DNA from: Longimicrobiales bacterium
Lineage (GTDB): Bacteria > Gemmatimonadota > Gemmatimonadetes > Longimicrobiales > Gaopeijiaceae
Assembly: GCA_965203485.1 (NCBI GenBank)
Contig: OZ241892.1
Location: 1,472,001 to 1,536,000 of the forward strand
DNA: 64,000 bases
Direction of reading: 5' to 3'
Shown here: in pieces, positions 1-9,700 of the stretch
Numbering within the stretch: the stretch's first letter is position 1
Layout of the letters: the number at the start of each line of letters is the position of its first letter
Translations under genes and position numbers: made by a program
The notes under the pieces: model-generated
Told to the model about the DNA's origin: nothing
The model's input: the letters and a program-made list of their open reading frames with translations, nothing else
The model's database searches: none

Positions 1-408
1 GCGCCCGGATGAATGACCAGCATGGCGTCGCGATGGTCGTCCTCGCCCTGCAACATGGTCCTGAGCTCGAGGCGGTCCAAGCCGGATTCGAGCTTCTCGA
101 CGCCTTCCCGCCACTCGTCCGCGAACTCGGCGTCCTCGTCCTGGCCGAGCAGGATGCCGAACTCGCGCAGTTCGGCGGCTTCCGCGCGGAGTTCTCGCCA
201 CGGCTCCACCCACGCCTTGAGGCGATTCGCTTCGCCGATTACGGCCTGTGCGCGCTGCCGGTTGTCCCAGAAGCCCGGCCTGGCCATCTCTTCGTCCAAG
301 ACCGCGATTCGACTGCTGCGCGCATCGACGTCAAAGATACCCCCGAAGCTCCTCGATCCGGCGGATCGCCGCCCCGAGGCGCTGGTTCGTTTCTTGTGGA
401 GCGGGCAT
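1..408 (-). CDS. prfB: Peptide chain release factor 2 (5' part, runs off the window), translated via programmed +1 frameshift
   Basis: ATG at 408 gives MPAPQETNQRLGAAIRRIEELRGYL then TGA. The +1 frame continues DVDARSSRIAVLDEEMARPGFWDNRQRAQAVIGE...LELRTMLQGEDDHRDAMLVIHPGA, an RF2-like N-terminus. Not in the ORF track because of the frameshift. Confidence 0.95.
330..345 (-). promoter_or_regulatory. prfB +1 frameshift site: internal SD-like GGGGG, TAT, CTT TGA C
   Basis: Minus strand reads CGGGGG TAT CTT TGA C. CTT is codon 25 (336-334) and TGA is 333-331. Matches the canonical RF2 autoregulatory motif. Confidence 0.95.
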
Positions 409-567
409 GAGAATGTTCCGTGCGGGCGTCGTTGGGAGAGGCGATGGGGCGCGTGGCCGGCGCCACGGCCTGGTTGCGCGCGCGCAAGGGTTGCGCGAGG
501 ACCTCAAAGATACGCGAGCGCCCGGCGCCGACGGACCAAGCCGTGACGGCCCGCGATCCAGCTCGTT

Positions 568-1863
568 TCAGCGGGTGCGCGCGGCGACCACGACGCCGAG
601 GCGGCCGCCGGGCAACGCGGCGATTCGGGCGGCGACGAACCCGTCCAAGGCGCTGGCCACGTGGTTGGCCAAGACGATCCACAGGGCGCGTCTTGCCTCG
701 CCGAACAGTCTGTCGCTGCGGCCGATCAGCCGGGCGAAGCGCCTGCGCTCGTCCGGTCCCCGCCAGGCCCAGAGAAATTGGGGTCTTTGCGCGCGGCGCC
801 GGTAGTAGTCCAGCGCCCGCTCGAAGCCCGGCGACTGCTCGCCGTCGTCCAAGCTCACCTCGTGCAACGCGGTCGCGAGCGCCCATATCCACCCGTTGTA
901 GGTGGCAGGGTCGGTCTCCGGCTGGAGGCCCGGACGCGACGAATCGCCGTCCCACGCGCCCGACGCGCTCCAGTGGGCCATCGCCTCGTAGTACTCGAAG
1001 CCGCCGTCGAGCCGGTCTCCCCGGCCCACGCCGCGCCGCGCCGCGTTCCACGCCAAGTCCCGGTAGCCCCGCCGCGCGTCCCTCGCTTCGCTCCGCCGCG
1101 CGCCGTACGCGGCCGCAAACAACACCTCCGCTCCCGCGTACGCGATCCAGCGGCGCGAACCCAGCCGGTACTGCGCCAAGCCGGGCACGACCAGCGAGGA
1201 CAGGAAGGCATCGCCTTCGCCGATGATGCGCCCATTCCGCCCGATCTCCGCTACGCCCGAGCACGCAGGCAAGCCCGCTCTCATCGTGCCTGCGACGCGT
1301 GCACGGAACTCGCCGGCTTCGTCTCCCCGGACGGGCCGGACTGGCGCGGACGTGGCTTTCCCCTTCTCCGCGCCGCATTCCGCGCCGAAGCGCCCGGCCC
1401 CGGGTCGGAGCCGCGTCAGGACGGCGACCGCGAGAGGCTCTCCGGACGGCGCGTCCGAGCCGCGACCTCGCGACCAAGCCGCCCCTGCTGCGACCGCCAA
1501 GTCGGCAGGCAAGCCCGGCTTCCAGCGGTCTCCCAGCCGCCACGCGCCGGGCGCTGGGCCCACGGCCTGCGCAGGCGGGCTCCCGGAAAGGCCCGCCGCC
1601 TCCGCGCCCAGCGGGACCGCAAGTACGCCGAAAGTCACCAGCGCCACCGGAGCGCGAGCAAGCCCACGCCGAGCGCGCCGCACTGCGATGCTCGTCCGAA
1701 GCGCCCGCCACCACGCCGTCGCACCGCTCGGCAGCCGCGGCGCCAGGAACGCGGCGAAGATCACGGCGGCGGCCGACGGGTGCGTCGCCGTGTTGTGCCC
1801 ATACTCTCCTCTCCGTGACGCCAACGGCGGAAACAGGAGCGTGGCCGCCCGGGAGCATTGCAT
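568..1863 (-). CDS. Hypothetical membrane protein; start uncertain
   Basis: The C-terminal ~220 aa look protein-like (AFLSSLVVPGLAQYRLG, FEYYEAMAHW, LWIVLANHVASALDGFVAARI) with hydrophobic segments. The N-terminal part is low complexity. Co-oriented with prfB. Confidence 0.55.
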   Translation of the reverse strand: MQCSRAATLLFPPLASRRGEYGHNTATHPSAAAVIFAAFLAPRLPSGATAWWRALRTSIAVRRARRGLARAPVALVTFGVLAVPLGAEAAGLSGSPPAQAVGPAPGAWRLGDRWKPGLPADLAVAAGAAWSRGRGSDAPSGEPLAVAVLTRLRPGAGRFGAECGAEKGKATSAPVRPVRGDEAGEFRARVAGTMRAGLPACSGVAEIGRNGRIIGEGDAFLSSLVVPGLAQYRLGSRRWIAYAGAEVLFAAAYGARRSEARDARRGYRDLAWNAARRGVGRGDRLDGGFEYYEAMAHWSASGAWDGDSSRPGLQPETDPATYNGWIWALATALHEVSLDDGEQSPGFERALDYYRRRAQRPQFLWAWRGPDERRRFARLIGRSDRLFGEARRALWIVLANHVASALDGFVAARIAALPGGRLGVVVAARTR

Positions 1864-2273
1864 CGAGTCGCGGTGTAGAAGGTAAGCACGAGGCCGGCCA
1901 GGCGCCCTGTCGGCCGCGCCCGACCCTTGGAAGTCGCCTTTGGCGGACGGCACGGCGCGGACCGTGAAGCCGTGCGCCGCCCGCGCCATCGACGCCTTGA
2001 AGAGGGCCGCGAAAGATGCTTGACCATCCGCGGGGTGGCGAGGATCGACGACCACTCGGAGACCTCGTTGCAACCTTTTCGCGGTTCGTCGGGATTAATG
2101 AATGAAGTTCGCCGACGCGGAAGTCGGGCGTCGGTGGCGTCGCGGGCCGCCGAAGCTGATCGGCCCCCCGACCGGGATGGGCCTCGGTTACCGGAGGCGA
2201 CGCAAGTCAGTTGCAGTGCCGTTGGGGATTCCCCCCTTCGGAACATTCACTTCCGACCAACGGAGGAAGCATC

Positions 2274-2495
2274 GTGAACAAGAAGCTCCTCGGAGTGATC
2301 GGCGCCGGGTTCTTCCTGGCGCTGGCGCCCGTTGCGGTCGACGTGGACACGTCCGGCCGCGCGGTGGTTCGGCTCGACGGAGCGTGCGGGCAGGCGACGG
2401 GTTGCACCATCAACACCAACGCCCTATGCTCCATGCACAACGGGAACGAGCGGGGCTACGAGTGCAGGACGGGTTGCGAGAACACCGAGACCTGA
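2274..2495 (+). CDS. Small secreted Cys-rich peptide (73 aa)
   Basis: GGAGG at 2262-2266 precedes GTG at 2274. Sequence MNKKLLGVIGAGFFLALAPVAV... is signal-like; Cys at 38, 44, 52, 64 and 68. Confidence 0.85.
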   Translation: MNKKLLGVIGAGFFLALAPVAVDVDTSGRAVVRLDGACGQATGCTINTNALCSMHNGNERGYECRTGCENTET

Positions 2496-2502
2496 TGGCG
2501 CT

Positions 2503-2562
2503 GGAGGAGGGATCGCGAGCCAGAGGGGCTGTCGCCTTGTCGTGCAGGCTCGCGACTCCTCC
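2503..2562 (+). promoter_or_regulatory. Intercistronic stem-loop after the peptide gene (mRNA stabiliser or attenuator)
   Basis: GGAGGAG (2503-2509) pairs with CTCCTCC (2556-2562); TCGCGAGCC (2513-2521) pairs with GGCTCGCGA (2547-2555). No U-tract. Confidence 0.6.
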
Positions 2563-2597
2563 GTGCACCTGAGCGTTCTTCACCACGGAGGAAGACC

Positions 2598-3749
2598 ATG
2601 ACGTGCCGAAGGGGGTTCATAGTATTGATGTGCGCGACAATGACCACAGCTTGCCAACCCGACCAAGCAGACGACCGCGCCCGTCGGGACGACGCCGAAT
2701 GGCTGGCCGTCGAGGAGGTCCCCTTAAGCTACGGCGCCACCGAAGGTGTCCGGACGATGGAGTCGGCGGCGCCCGGTCCCGGGCAGAGGGACACCCTCGT
2801 CGTCGTCGCCGAGTACGGCGATTCCACGACGTTCGGCGACGTGCAGGCGATCTTCGAGACGCCGCGTCACCTCGTGGTTGCCGACAGGCGCTCGTCGCCG
2901 CATGTCGCAGTGATGGATCGCGCTACGAAGTCGATTACCCATTGGATTGGCGAGCATGGGAGCGGCAGTCGGCAGTTCTCCGATCCAGCCGGATTCGACC
3001 GCGTTGCGGGCCGAGACGACCGAGCGTGGGTGCACGACTTCAGCAACCGACGGCTGTCGTTGCTGGAGGTGAGCACCGAAGGCAAGGCGGTTGTCATCGG
3101 CGAGGTCCCTCTTCGAATTCGCCAAGACATGGAAAACGTTTCCTGGATCGGAGACTCGATTGTCGCAACCGCTCTCGGAAATCTCGCAACGATCGTGTTT
3201 TTCGACGAGGACGGCCATCCTTCTTCCCGCGTCTCTCTGATGGAGCCTTTCAGCAACGACGAAGTGCCGCATGCCACGGGTAGATTCATGCTAAATCGCG
3301 CATCCATGGCTGTGCACCCGCAAGGCCTGGGAATCGCCTTGGGCTACTATTCGTCTGCGGATATCTTTCTGCTTGATCGCACGGGCGTCCCCAGCGTTGC
3401 AGTTAGAGGCCGATACGAGGTCGATGTCCGTTATCGTCTTGCAAATGGCAGGTTCTCCTGGAGCGACGGCAACCAATACGGTCATACGCGGCTAATGGCC
3501 ACTTCGGATCACATTATTGCCTTCTATTGCGGATGTACGTACCGCTACCCCGTCGCGGGCGCCCGAAAAGCGGAGTCGAAACGAGACCCGAGCCTGCACG
3601 TCTATACCTGGTCCGGCGAGTTCGTCGGCGAGTACTACTTTGGCGCCGACGTGTTGGCCTCTTCGCTGGCGGTCAGCCGGGACGGCAACTCCATATTCGG
3701 CGCCGTCAGCGATCCGTACTCGCGAGTCGTGCAGTGGAAGTTTCCGTAA
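2598..3749 (+). CDS. Lipoprotein, TolB-like/BF3164-type 6-bladed beta-propeller (383 aa)
   Basis: RBS GGAGG; lipoprotein-like signal ending TTAC; blade motifs IGEHGSGSRQF, AWVHDFSNRRL, LHVYTWSGE, LAVSRDGNSIFG. Confidence 0.75.
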   Translation: MTCRRGFIVLMCATMTTACQPDQADDRARRDDAEWLAVEEVPLSYGATEGVRTMESAAPGPGQRDTLVVVAEYGDSTTFGDVQAIFETPRHLVVADRRSSPHVAVMDRATKSITHWIGEHGSGSRQFSDPAGFDRVAGRDDRAWVHDFSNRRLSLLEVSTEGKAVVIGEVPLRIRQDMENVSWIGDSIVATALGNLATIVFFDEDGHPSSRVSLMEPFSNDEVPHATGRFMLNRASMAVHPQGLGIALGYYSSADIFLLDRTGVPSVAVRGRYEVDVRYRLANGRFSWSDGNQYGHTRLMATSDHIIAFYCGCTYRYPVAGARKAESKRDPSLHVYTWSGEFVGEYYFGADVLASSLAVSRDGNSIFGAVSDPYSRVVQWKFP

Positions 3750-3787
3750 CCCGCAAGCATGAACTCCTCTTCCAAGGACGTGCGACG

Positions 3788-4990
3788 ATGAACACTCGCC
3801 TTTTTTCGGTCCTGCTCTGTTGCGGCTTGGCGGCTTCGTGCGGAGACGACAACAGCTCGCATGCTCTTGCGTGTGCTGTTGCGGACAGCGCGGGCGTCCA
3901 GCTCGTTTCGAACTCGGCGCAGTTAGACGCCGAAGCGGCTAGGAGCTATGCGGCATCGCCGTCGGCGTCTCTTGGGGCCGGCGCGGCGGCGACCGACGGA
4001 CGCCCCCCGCTCTCCCGGGTTAGAGACGCAACGCGGCTTCAAGACGGGACCGTCGTGGTGGCTGACGGAGGGTCGGCGTCGCTCGTAGTGTTCGACGCGG
4101 ATGGGTCGCATGCCGACACCTGGGGCCGCAAGGGGCAAGGCCCCGGCGAGTTCACCGGGCTGGCCTCCGTTGCGAGCTGGCGGGGCGACTCGATTGCGGC
4201 CTGGGACATGTGGCAGAACCGCGTTTCGGTCTTTGACGACGGGGGCATCTTCGGCCGGTCATTCCGTCTTCTGCCGACCGAGGAAAGCGCCCCCCGCGTG
4301 ATCGACGTCAAGGCCGACGGCACAGTATTGGCAGTGATCCTCCCCAGCATCGGGCCGGGCGAGCGCCGTAGCGGCGTCGTGCGCCGAGACCGGGATTACG
4401 TCATCCTCGACGACGAAGGCTACCTCCAGGCGTCGCTGGGCACGTTTCCGGGACCAGAGGGCTACGTGGACTTGTCGGGGGATTTCCTGATGTCTTGGGT
4501 CCTTCCCTTCGGCCGGTCGACGGTCGCGGCGTTCTGGCAGGACTGGGTTGTCGTGGGCACGAACGACCAGTACGAGATACGGAGCTACCGCACCGACGGA
4601 GCGCTTCACCGGCTAGTTCGCCGCAACCACGACGTGGCGTCGCCCACCCAAGCCGACCTCGATGCCCACGTCGAAGCCTTGCTGGCCGACATGCCGAGGG
4701 AGGAACGCGCTGTGCAGGAGGCCAGCGCGGCCAAATTGCCGCTGGTGGACGCCTACCCCGCCTACGGGCGCGTCAGGGGCGATCCTCAGGGACGCTTGTG
4801 GGTGGAGGACTATCGCTTGCCCGGATACGAAGCGCGGACATGGACGGTCTACGACGGCCAGGGATGCGTTCGCGAGGTGGTCGAGCTGCCGGAGGGCCTG
4901 GATGTCTACGAGATCGGCCGGGACTACGTGCTGGGCAAGGCCGTGGACGAGCTGGGCGTCGAACGGGTTCAGCTCTGGCCGTTGCAGTAG
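3788..4990 (+). CDS. Lipoprotein, 6-bladed beta-propeller (400 aa)
   Basis: Signal ending LAASC; DSAGVQLVSN; GRKGQGPGEF motif; DPQGRLWV and WTVYDGQG blades; terminal DELGVERVQLW. Start at ATG 3788, not 3527. Confidence 0.85.
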   Translation: MNTRLFSVLLCCGLAASCGDDNSSHALACAVADSAGVQLVSNSAQLDAEAARSYAASPSASLGAGAAATDGRPPLSRVRDATRLQDGTVVVADGGSASLVVFDADGSHADTWGRKGQGPGEFTGLASVASWRGDSIAAWDMWQNRVSVFDDGGIFGRSFRLLPTEESAPRVIDVKADGTVLAVILPSIGPGERRSGVVRRDRDYVILDDEGYLQASLGTFPGPEGYVDLSGDFLMSWVLPFGRSTVAAFWQDWVVVGTNDQYEIRSYRTDGALHRLVRRNHDVASPTQADLDAHVEALLADMPREERAVQEASAAKLPLVDAYPAYGRVRGDPQGRLWVEDYRLPGYEARTWTVYDGQGCVREVVELPEGLDVYEIGRDYVLGKAVDELGVERVQLWPLQ

Positions 4991-5523
4991 CCGAAGCTGG
5001 ACGGCCGGGAAGAGGAGGCCATGCAAGGGTAGCGGCCCCGGAGGCGGAAGGGCGCCGACATCACGTCGCATGGTCGCGGCAAGGGTCGGCGTTCCACGAG
5101 CGTGGCGGCAAGCGCCGCGCCCCTTCCCGTTTGTTCAGCAGTTTCGAGGGCCTATTGGGTTGTCGGACGCCGTCGTGTTCGTGGGGTTGCCAGCTCAAAG
5201 CAACCATCGCCCGGGTACGTGTGCCTACGCCAATCATTACTTGGTTGGTCAAGGGTGCCCCGGCGTGCCGGGTGCCGCCGCAACGACCCGTGCTTGGCGA
5301 CTGCCCACGGTCGTCTTCGGCGCATGCCGACGGGCAGGGACGGGGAACGCCCGTCGGGCGAGAGACGCGAGGCCGGCCGACGCCGATGAGCGTCTTTGCG
5401 CGTGCGCACGAGGTTGTTCACCGGGCATGCAAGCAAGGAAACGGTCGCGCCGAAGGGGCCGGTTCAGCGGTTGGCGCGCGCCGACCTCCGGAGCGCTGAA
5501 GGGAAGCAGTCGTCCTTTGGGCG

Positions 5524-6720
5524 CTACTGCCTGATCCGGATGGCGCCTGCTAGGCCGAGGCGGCGTTGCGGGGATTCGAGCGGCGAGGAGGCGTGCTCGC
5601 CGTAGAGGTGGAGGAGGAATCGCAGGCTCTCGGCGGGGCCTGTGGCGGGCGAATGGATGCCGGTGTGCGCGCTGGACGGGCCGCTCTTGCCGAGCAGCGA
5701 GAAGCGCGCGCCGGCGTTGAAGCGCTGGCCGGCGCCTGCGTCCTGGCTCCAGCGTCCAAAGGGCGTGATCGTGGCGCCGTTGTCGAGCGCGACGCCCCAG
5801 CCGAGCTCCATGGCCATGCGCCCGGGCGCCCAGCCGGACGGCGCGGCCGTCGGCGCCGTTTGCACGGCGGGTTCGAGCGCGGCGGCGCCTTGGCGCCAGA
5901 GTTCGCCGGTGGCGCCCGCGCCGGCGCCCCATGCCGGCTCGACGGAGAGCGACAGGCCGTTCTCGGCGCCGCCGCCGGGCTGGAGCCGGAGCGAGACGCC
6001 GGCGCCCCATTCGCGCAGGCCCTCGGCCTGGTGCGCGAGCAGCGCGCGCCCGCGCATTGCGACGGACAGGCCGGTGGGCGCGTGGTCGAACGACGCTTCG
6101 CCGCCCGCCTCGGCGCCCAACCCAGTCTCGGCGTCGCCGGCGTCGAGGCGCGCGCCGAGCTCGAGCCGCGTGCGCAGCGACGCTTCGCCGCCGAGCGCCC
6201 AGGTCTTCGCGACTTCGGGCGCGAGCCGGACGCGGTGCGCGCGCGCGGTCACGCCTGCCAGGTCGGCCGCGTCGTCGGAGCGCACGCGCACGGAGAACGC
6301 GTCGGCCTTGAGCGCGATGCCGCCGGCCAGCTCGCGGCGCGCGCCGAGCGCGCCCATCAGCATCGCGATGTCGGCGCCGAACCGGCCGCCGGCCGTCTCC
6401 TCGAGCGTCGCGTCGCCGGTTCCTGCGCCTGCGAGGGCCCAGAGGCCGAGCCCGCCGGTGGGCGACCAGTGCACGTAGGGATGCACGCTGGTCAGGCTCG
6501 CGGCGACGGAGCCGGCGCCGTTGACGGCGCTCTCGAACTCGGTCTCGAAGCTGTTGCGCGCGCCGGCGACGCCGACGAGCAGGCCGGACGCGAAGCGGTA
6601 GTCGGCGCCGAGGTGCGCCGAGCGCGCGCGCCCGCCGTCGAAGCGCAGGCCGTCGGCCGGGCGGCCCTCGTAGCCGCCCATGCCGGCGCGGCCCCAGACG
6701 GTCCAGCCGGGACGCAGGCC
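5524..6720 (-). other. Autotransporter-type C-terminal beta-barrel region (approximate bounds)
   Basis: Alternating amphipathic strands GWTVWGRAG, AHLGADYRF, LLVGVAG, HPYVHWSP, LWALAGAGTG, GLGAEAGG, LSLSVEPAWG. Confidence 0.7.
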
Positions 6721-9700
6721 GGCGGCGTCCTGCGCGCCGAACGCGCCCGAGTCGCTGGCCGCGCCGCCGCCGAGCGAGAGCTGGAACGAGCTGCGCTCGA
6801 GCAGGTCGCTGCCCGACAGCGGATTGAACGTCACGCCGCCCGGCGCGGCCGCCGCCGGCTCCTGCTGGCCCCGGTAGTCGCCGCCCATGTCGAGGCCGCC
6901 GAATCCGCCAGCTCCCGCGCCCGGGGCGCCAAACAGCAGCGCGGCCGGGTCGAGCGGGCCTGCGTCCTGCGCGCCGCCCATGCCGCCGGCGCTCGGCAAC
7001 GCGATCTGCACGCCGAGCAGGCCCGGCGCCGCACGCGCCAGCGCCCGCCAGCCGCACGCACGCGCGCCCGTCCCGGTAACCGCCCCTGCCAGCGTCGCCC
7101 CGGACGTTTCGACCGCAGCACCCGCCCGTTGCGCGACGCCGGTTGCGGCACCGCCGTCGCAGGCGATCGAGCGTCCTCCGAGCTGGAGGTGCGAGCGTCC
7201 GAGTCCGCCCGCCGATTCGATCCCGAGCCGGCCGCCGATCACGTCGACGGCCTCGGCGCCGACGGAGCGCCCGAACGCGGCCAGCGCGCCCTCGAGCACG
7301 CGCGCTCGCTCGGAGCGCGACGCCTCGACGACGACGGCGACGGTCTGCTCGGCGGCCAGCCCGCCGGGATCGGCGGCCGTCACCGTCACGCTCGCCGTGC
7401 CGATCGCGAACGGCTGGATGGTCAGCACGCCGCCCGCAACGCTCGCCGCCGCCACCGCCGTGTCCGACGACTCGGCGGCGTACGCGAGCGCGTCGCCGTC
7501 CGGGTCCCGGAAGTACGCGTCCAGCGTCTCCTGCACGGCCGCGCCGTGCGCCTCGAGCGCCGGGATCGCGATCTGCGCGGTCGCTTCGGGCGCCTCGTTG
7601 ACGTCGGTCACGACGACGGTCGCGTTCGCCGTCGCCGCCAGGCCGCCCCTGTCCGTCGCGGCGACGACGAGCGCGTGCTCGCGCGGGCCGGTCTCGTAGT
7701 CCTCGCCGGCGCCGACGTAGCGCACGGCGCCGCTCGCAGCGTCCAGCTCGAACAGGCCGCCGCCGCCCGAGACCAGGCTGTACGACAGCACGTCGCCCTC
7801 GTCCTCGTCGTCGGCGGCGACGGCGCCGACGGCGAGCGGGCCGGCCGCGTTCTCGGCCAGCTCGAACGTCCAGCTCGCCTGCTCGAACACGGGCGCCTCG
7901 TTCACGTCGGCGACCGTCACGACGACGGCCGCCCGCGCGGCCAGGCCGTCGGCGCCCGTCGCGGCGACGACGAGCGCGTGCTCGCGCGGGCCCGTCTCGT
8001 AGTCCTCGCCGGTGCCCACGTAGCTGACCGCGCCGCTCGACGCGTCCAGCTCGAACAGCCCACCGCCGCCCGAGACCAGGCTGTACGACAGCGCCTCGCC
8101 CTCGTCCGGGTCGGTCGCCGACACCGTGCCCAGCACGACGGGCCCGGCCGCGTTCTCGGCCAGCTCGAACGTCCAGCTCGCCCGCTCGAACACGGGCGCC
8201 TCGTCGGCGTCGGCGACGGCTATCACGACGCCGGCCGCCGCGCGCAATCCACCCGCGTCGGCGACGGCGACGGCCAGCGCGTGCTCGCGCGGGCCCGTCT
8301 CGTAGTCTTCGCCGGCGCCGACGTAGCGCACGGCGCCGCTCGCAACGTCCAGCTCGAACAGGCCGCCGCCGCCCGAGACCAGGCTGTACGACAGCGCCTC
8401 GCCCTCGTCCGGGTCGGTCGCGCTGACCGTGCCCAGCACTATGGGCCCGGCCGCGTTCTCGGCCAGCTCGAACGTCCAGCTCGCCCGCTCGAACGCGGGC
8501 GCCTCGTTCGCGTTCGTCACCTTCACCGTCACGCGGACGGTCGACGCGAGGCCGCCGACGTCGGCGGCCGACACGACGAGCGCGTGCTCGCGCGGGCCGG
8601 CTTCGTAGTCTTCGCCCGCGCCGACGTAGCTGACCTCGCCGCTCGTCTCGCCCACCTCGAACAGGCCGCCGCCGCCCTCGCGCAGCCGGTAGTACACCTC
8701 GTCGCCCTCGTCCGGGTCCACGGCGCTCACGGCGCCCACGACGACGGCGCCCGCGACGTTCTCGGCCAGCTCGAACGCGTACGACTCGGCCGAGAACTTC
8801 GGCGGCCGCCCAGGCTCCGGCTCGCCGCCGCCGCCCTCGACCCTGCGCGTCGGATCGCTTGCGAACGCATGGCTGCCCAGCGACAGCGCAGCCGGCGTCG
8901 AACCGTCGGCGGCCGACACGATCGCCGCGCCGCTCGCGTCCAGCGCGCCGGCGGCCAGCGCGATCCCGTTCGGCGCGCGGTCGTGAGGACGCACCTCGTA
9001 CGCGAACTCGACGCGCCGCCCGCTCGCCGACGCCAGCGCGGCGTGAACCGTGCGCGTGCCCATCGCCAGCGCCAGACGCGGGCCGCCCGTCACGCTCACC
9101 GGCCGGTCGAACACGACGGCGATCTCGATCGTCTGGCCGGCGCGCCACCGGCCGCCCGACTGCGGACGGCTCGCCTCGACGCCCGCGACCGCAGGCGGCG
9201 ACACGACGCTGCCGTCCACCAAGTGGCCGCCGACGTTCGTCAGCGCGTGGCCGCCCAGCGACAGTCCAGCCGCCGCCGTGCCGCCCAGCAGCGTGATCGC
9301 GCCGCCGTTCAGCGACAGCGCGCCCGCGCCCACGCTCAATCCGTCCGCGTCGGCGTCCGCCGCCTGAACGGCGTACGCGAACTCGAGCGCCGCGCCCTGC
9401 GTCGCGCCCAACGCGCCGGCGGAACCGCCTGCGCCGCCCGCCGACCCGCCGGCCCAGCCCGCGCCTGCATAGCCCGCCGCGACGCCGGCCCAGCCCGCGC
9501 GCGCGGCGGCGCCGTAGCCGACGACGCGCACGAAGCGCGCCGTGCGCGTCTGCGCGCCGATCGTCAGCGCCAGCTGCGGCGAGCCCGTCACGGCGACGGC
9601 GCGGTCGAAGCGCACGTGCACGCGGATCTCCTCGCCCAGCTCGTAGCGCCCGCCGCCGATGGGCGCGCTCGCCAGCACCACGCCCGCCACGGCAGGCGCC

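Noticed and set aside
9..546. + strand ORFs of 133 and 177 aa
   Set aside because: Antisense shadows of prfB.
2224..2234. GGGGATTCCCC palindrome upstream of the peptide gene
   Set aside because: Single short occurrence in GC-rich DNA with no supporting promoter or regulator; cannot be distinguished from chance.
2274..2495. Peptide as a classical RiPP precursor (lanthipeptide, ranthipeptide, thiopeptide)
   Set aside because: No LanB/C/M, radical SAM, YcaO or peptidase-ABC exporter nearby, and the leader looks like a Sec signal rather than a double-glycine leader.
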